NCBI GenBank assembly: GCA_963826715.1 | Contig: CAWGYA010000008.1 | Coordinates: 128,001 to 192,000, forward strand | DNA: 64,000 nucleotides | Reading direction: 5' to 3' | DNA from: Candidatus Bathyarchaeota archaeon | GTDB taxonomy: Archaea; Thermoproteota; Bathyarchaeia; Bathyarchaeales; Bathycorpusculaceae | Shown here: piece after piece, positions 59,987 through 64,000 of the stretch | How positions within the stretch are numbered: the stretch's first letter is position 1 | Layout of the letters: each line of letters opens with the position of its first letter | The notes under the pieces: generated by a model | Told to the model about the DNA's origin: nothing | Seen by the model: only the letters and a program-made list of their open reading frames with translations | Databases searched by the model: none | Translations under genes and position numbers: made by a program

Positions 59987-61270
59987 ATGGTTGATGTTTG
60001 GCTTCCCTACGGAAAAACTGATGTCTGCGTCCGAGTTCCAGCTCGCAACCTACTTGGAACCATCGAGCCTAAAGAGATACCAGCTGCTCCTGACCAGAAA
60101 GTTGAAGTGGAACGAGCGCTGAGTGAACCCATCGGAAGCAAAAGACTTTTGGAAATAGCTAAACCAGAGTCCAAAGTTGCCATAGTCGTAGATGATGCTA
60201 CCCGCAAAGCTCCAAGTGAAAGAATGCTTCTACCAGTACTCGCGGAGCTTTATTTGGCAGGGGTTAGAGACGAAAACATCTCCGTCATTTTCGGCTGCGG
60301 TACCCACCGCGCTGTGACACCTGAAGAAGCTCAAGCACTCATAGGGGAACAAGCCCTGAAACGTGTCAAAACCCTTAGCCATTGTTGCACAGAAACCGAC
60401 GGCGTCTACTTAGGCACCACTAAAACCTACGGCACTAAGGTCTACGTGAACCGAGTTTTTGCTGATGCCGATGTGAAGGTGTTACTCGGCGACGTAAACT
60501 ACCATTACTATGCGGGGTATGGCGGGGGTAGAAAAAGTCTATTGCCTGCTGTATGTAGCGAAGAAACTATCAAGCAAAACCATGCTCTGCTTCTCACCGC
60601 AAGCGCTAAAACAGGCAACTTAGACGGCAATCCTGTAAATATTGACATGATGGAAGCGGCCAGGCTTGCTAAGGTAGATTTTATCGTTAACGTAGTGGAG
60701 AACAAGAATGGTGAAATCGTAAAGGCGTACGCTGGCGATTTGGAAGCAGCGTTTCTGGAAGCTGTCAAATTGGTAGATGAGATGTACCGAGTCAATGTGG
60801 ACCGCCGGGCAGACATAGTCGTTGTCAGCGCAGGAGGCCACCCATCAGACATTAACCTCTATCAAGCTTACAAGGGGCTCGATAACGCCCTAGACGCAGT
60901 GAAACGGGGCGGAGTCATAATCTTAGTCGCGGAATGCCCTGAAGGGCATGGCAACCAAGTCTTCTACGATTGGATGACAAGATTGGGTGACCTTAAATCC
61001 GTGGAGCGCGAAGTCAAACGCAATTTCGTAATGGGCGGACACAAAGCATACTACCTCCTAAAAGCCCTTCAAAGTCACCCAATAATCTTGGTTTCTTCGC
61101 TGCCCGACTATTATGCCACCAGCATTTTTAAACTCAAAACAGCACGCGCCGTCAACGATGCCCTAAACGAGGCGTTTAAGATTGCAGGCTCTGCTTCACG
61201 AGTCTGGGCGATGCCCCAAGGCAATTACACTCTTCCTGTCTTCACGGCACCAGACGAAAACAAAGCATAA
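59987..61270 (+). CDS. larA: Nickel-pincer-dependent lactate racemase family protein (LarA)
   Basis: LPYG, DATR, GTHR, HYYAGYGGGRKS, NLYQA.K and AECPEG.G motifs. Confidence 0.9.
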   Translation: MVDVWLPYGKTDVCVRVPARNLLGTIEPKEIPAAPDQKVEVERALSEPIGSKRLLEIAKPESKVAIVVDDATRKAPSERMLLPVLAELYLAGVRDENISVIFGCGTHRAVTPEEAQALIGEQALKRVKTLSHCCTETDGVYLGTTKTYGTKVYVNRVFADADVKVLLGDVNYHYYAGYGGGRKSLLPAVCSEETIKQNHALLLTASAKTGNLDGNPVNIDMMEAARLAKVDFIVNVVENKNGEIVKAYAGDLEAAFLEAVKLVDEMYRVNVDRRADIVVVSAGGHPSDINLYQAYKGLDNALDAVKRGGVIILVAECPEGHGNQVFYDWMTRLGDLKSVEREVKRNFVMGGHKAYYLLKALQSHPIILVSSLPDYYATSIFKLKTARAVNDALNEAFKIAGSASRVWAMPQGNYTLPVFTAPDENKA

Positions 61271-61351
61271 GTACCATCAAACCCACGATAAAGATTTGAG
61301 GCGTAACATTTAAGTTTGGACAGATAAATCCTGTTTAGGCAAGGCGAAACG

Positions 61352-61834
61352 ATGCAACAACAAAGCTTTAACATACGCAAATTCATTCCAGAGGACCTGC
61401 AAAGCGTTATGCAAATTAACCGCGTTTGCTTACCTGAAAACTACACAGATTTCTTCTTTGTGGATTTGCATCAACGATTTCCTGAAACCTTCATTGTTTC
61501 AGAGGAAGAAGGAAAAATCAGTGGTTACATAATGTGCCGCATTGAGGTGGGCTTATCTAACTTTGGCTTCGGTGGATTGGTACGCAAAGGACATGTAGTT
61601 TCAATTGCGGTGATGCCTCAGGCAAGACGGAAAGGAGTGGCTCAAGCCATCATCAATAAAGCGCTACAAGGTATGGAATATTACAAAGCTAAACAGGGCT
61701 TCCTCGAAGTCCGCGTAACAAACGATGTCGCGATTACGCTCTATAAGAAGCTAGGCTTCGAAATCACAAGAACAATTAGCGGTTATTATAGCGATGGCGA
61801 AGACGCTTACGTCATGACCAAAAAACTCGCATGA
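61352..61834 (+). CDS. N-terminal acetyltransferase (Ard1/RimI-type GNAT)
   Basis: LPENY, GHVVSIAV...RRKG, LEVRV.N and YY.DGEDAY.M motifs. Confidence 0.93.
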   Translation: MQQQSFNIRKFIPEDLQSVMQINRVCLPENYTDFFFVDLHQRFPETFIVSEEEGKISGYIMCRIEVGLSNFGFGGLVRKGHVVSIAVMPQARRKGVAQAIINKALQGMEYYKAKQGFLEVRVTNDVAITLYKKLGFEITRTISGYYSDGEDAYVMTKKLA

Positions 61835-62032
61835 AATGTTTTTTAGTAAAAAGCTGAAGTCACTAAACGCAAAGCAACTTTTCTGCTCAATCCCTAAAGT
61901 ATAGCTTAGACTTTGTACTGCTCAATAAGCAAATATCCATAATCCCAAACTCTTTATAGATTCATCCAAAACACAACATTATTAAAGTTGCCACAGAGTC
62001 GCTTTAACAAAGAACAGTATTGATGAACAGCT

Positions 62033-62473
62033 ATGATTAAAAGTAGAAAACGGATCGCCTTGATCGCACACGACCACAAAAAAGAAGATATGCTCCAGTG
62101 GGCAAAGTACAACTTATCAACACTGCGCAAACACGACCTATTTGCCACTGGCACAACAGGTAAACTTCTCGAAAAGGAATTAGAATTGCAAATTACGAAT
62201 ATGGAATCTGGACCATTGGGCGGCGACCTACAAATCGGCGCATGTATAGCAAACGGAAACATTGACTGTCTAATCTTTTTCTGGGATCCCCTTGAACCTC
62301 AACCTCATGACCCAGATGTAAAAGCTCTGCTAAGGGTAGCGGTGGTTTGGAACATTCCGGTAGCGTGTAACCGCACCACAGCGGATTTTATTATTTCATC
62401 GCCACTTATGTGTGAAGACTATGTACGCAAACTCCCAGACTACGAATGCTACCGCCAACGCTTAGAAAAATAA
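62033..62473 (+). CDS. mgsA: Methylglyoxal synthase
   Basis: IALIAHD.KK, ATGTTG, SGPLGGD.QIG and FFWDPL..QPHD.DVKAL.R motifs. Confidence 0.96.
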   Translation: MIKSRKRIALIAHDHKKEDMLQWAKYNLSTLRKHDLFATGTTGKLLEKELELQITNMESGPLGGDLQIGACIANGNIDCLIFFWDPLEPQPHDPDVKALLRVAVVWNIPVACNRTTADFIISSPLMCEDYVRKLPDYECYRQRLEK

Positions 62474-62553
62474 AAAGAAAATAACAAGCCACAAGAAAAT
62501 ATTAAAACAAAAAATAGACAAGAGAGAATTTAAAATAAAAGATAAGGAAAAAT

Positions 62554-63417
62554 TTAAGCCGCTGGTTTGGCTTTTTCGACCGCTCCGTTTAGGCTCGTCA
62601 TTTCTGCGTTGGCTTTGCGGATGAGGTCGGCGATGGTTTCTTTTGTAGGTATGGCTGCACCGACTGATAGCGCGACCGCTTTTTGATGAGCGCGCTGTAG
62701 TAACGGTTTAATGGTGTCTTTGCTTGCATAACCTATCTCAAGTGCGAGCGCGAAGGCTTCTTGGTTGCTGGTTTCCACGCTTCTGCGGGTGGCTGCAACG
62801 TCAACTTTGAGTTGGTCACCTGTAATCATCATACCGTTGTCAAAAACTGCGCGCATGGAAATTCCCAGTTCCACTGCTTTTATTCCCAGTTTTGATAGTA
62901 CACCAGCTAATCGTTCGTTGATGGGTTCACCTCGACGAACAACTAATGTGTCTTTGCTAACCCAAACGCTACCGTTTTCAATTCTAGTTGGCAAGCCAAC
63001 TGCATTAAGTTGACTAATAACGGGTCCTGGAGGCTGTCCAGTATTGCTTGCCGGAATAACAACATCTTCTGCAGCTATATCGCCTGATTTTGCGGTTGTT
63101 TTGACTTTACCATGTTCTAGTAGAAGCGCAAGCTTGAAGGGGTTAAGGTCGGTAAAAAGGAAAACATTTGATCCCTCTAAGTATTCCTCAAGTTTCTTTA
63201 GCTCGGCATGATTCATTTCGTCGATGGCAATTTTGATAAGTGTGTTTTTAAGAACACGCAAGTAAACTTTGCCAGCCATGCTTTTCTTGAGTTCCTGTAG
63301 CTGTGAAGCGCGGACCTTACGTAAGCTGGCGATGCCGATTGATTTGTATTCTTTGAGTATATCTTTTATTGCTGCAACTTCGTTTGTTTTTTCATCTAAT
63401 ACTTGTTGGGATGGCAT
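62554..63417 (-). CDS. rpl10: 50S ribosomal protein uL10 (P0)
   Basis: KNTL..IA, L.G.N..LFTD.NPF and T...PGP motifs. Confidence 0.96.
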   Translation of the reverse strand: MPSQQVLDEKTNEVAAIKDILKEYKSIGIASLRKVRASQLQELKKSMAGKVYLRVLKNTLIKIAIDEMNHAELKKLEEYLEGSNVFLFTDLNPFKLALLLEHGKVKTTAKSGDIAAEDVVIPASNTGQPPGPVISQLNAVGLPTRIENGSVWVSKDTLVVRRGEPINERLAGVLSKLGIKAVELGISMRAVFDNGMMITGDQLKVDVAATRRSVETSNQEAFALALEIGYASKDTIKPLLQRAHQKAVALSVGAAIPTKETIADLIRKANAEMTSLNGAVEKAKPAA

Positions 63418-63433
63418 GATACTTCTCTCGTGT

Positions 63434-64000
63434 TTATGGTTTAATTTTTACTGGTTGACCCATGCTGGTTTTGATGAAAACGTATCTTACGTTTTTAAGA
63501 CCCCGTTTGAGTTTTCCATCAAGCATACGCAGAACAACCATAGTGTTATCAACTAGATCTTCATCACTCATCTGCTGAGAACCAACAGGAACCTGAATAA
63601 TGGGCTGGTTTCGCATACGAACAATAACTGTTTTACGGTGCTTTGCAATCAACGCAGAAATGTCTGCATTAGGTGCAACTGGAACAGGCATTTTACCTCT
63701 TGGACCCAGGACTGGGCCTAAAATTCTACCGACAAGCGGCATAAGAGGTGCTTCTGAAATGAAGACATCGTAACTTGTTGCAAGCTTGCGCAGTTCCTTC
63801 TTTTTGCCGGAAAGCTCTTCTAAACCTGCACGTTCCACAACGATATCAGCCTGAGAATTTTTAGCTTTTAAGGCAAACTCGCCCGAAGCAATAACACAAA
63901 CGCGGTTTGGTTTTCCCGTATCATGTGGAAGTTCAACAACCTCTTGGATTTTCCCCTCAGGGGCTTTCATGTCAATTTCCATTATATCAAGTATTAACTC
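63434..64000 (-). CDS. rpl1: 50S ribosomal protein uL1 (5' end outside window)
   Basis: LPH..G, LGP.LGPRGKMP and KTSMG motifs; frame open to the window edge. Confidence 0.96.
   Translation of the reverse strand, partial: ELILDIMEIDMKAPEGKIQEVVELPHDTGKPNRVCVIASGEFALKAKNSQADIVVERAGLEELSGKKKELRKLATSYDVFISEAPLMPLVGRILGPVLGPRGKMPVPVAPNADISALIAKHRKTVIVRMRNQPIIQVPVGSQQMSDEDLVDNTMVVLRMLDGKLKRGLKNVRYVFIKTSMGQPVKIKP

Noticed and set aside
988-63556. Numerous 60-230 aa antisense or alternate-frame ORFs overlapping well-supported genes
   Set aside because: No recognisable motifs; expected shadows of coding sequence.

Overview
This is an archaeal chromosomal window. TBP, uL1/uL10, Trm11, RNase Z, an Lhr helicase, a Zn-ribbon Cren7-type protein, large secreted beta-propeller proteins and tandem-domain Lrp regulators point to a TACK archaeon, most likely Bathyarchaeia (inference from gene content). 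Housekeeping genes are interrupted by three accessory regions. (1) A decayed AT-rich island at tRNA-Arg(TCT), about 9.2-11.7 kb, has an ORF reading into the tRNA, a structured non-coding stretch and two unannotated Zn-finger microproteins. It is followed by a lysine 2,3-aminomutase gene coupled to an EctA-like rather than AblB-like acetyltransferase. (2) A urea/nitrogen island at about 26.6-39.5 kb holds an aquaporin, a complete ureABC-X-EFGD operon with an extra frameshifted gene, a divergent urea transporter and Amt, a TGTNA-N7-TNACA palindrome and a degraded histidine kinase. (3) A 10.65-kb tyrosine-recombinase element (46403-57054) lies between cren7 and tbp, not at a tRNA. It has 14-bp terminal inverted repeats, an ATPase-wHTH gene next to a duplicated inverted-repeat element (candidate origin), and defence-like cargo (TIR-TM, HEPN-like, HEXXH, proteasome-like Ntn hydrolase). 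All calls come from reading motifs by eye; no database searches were run.
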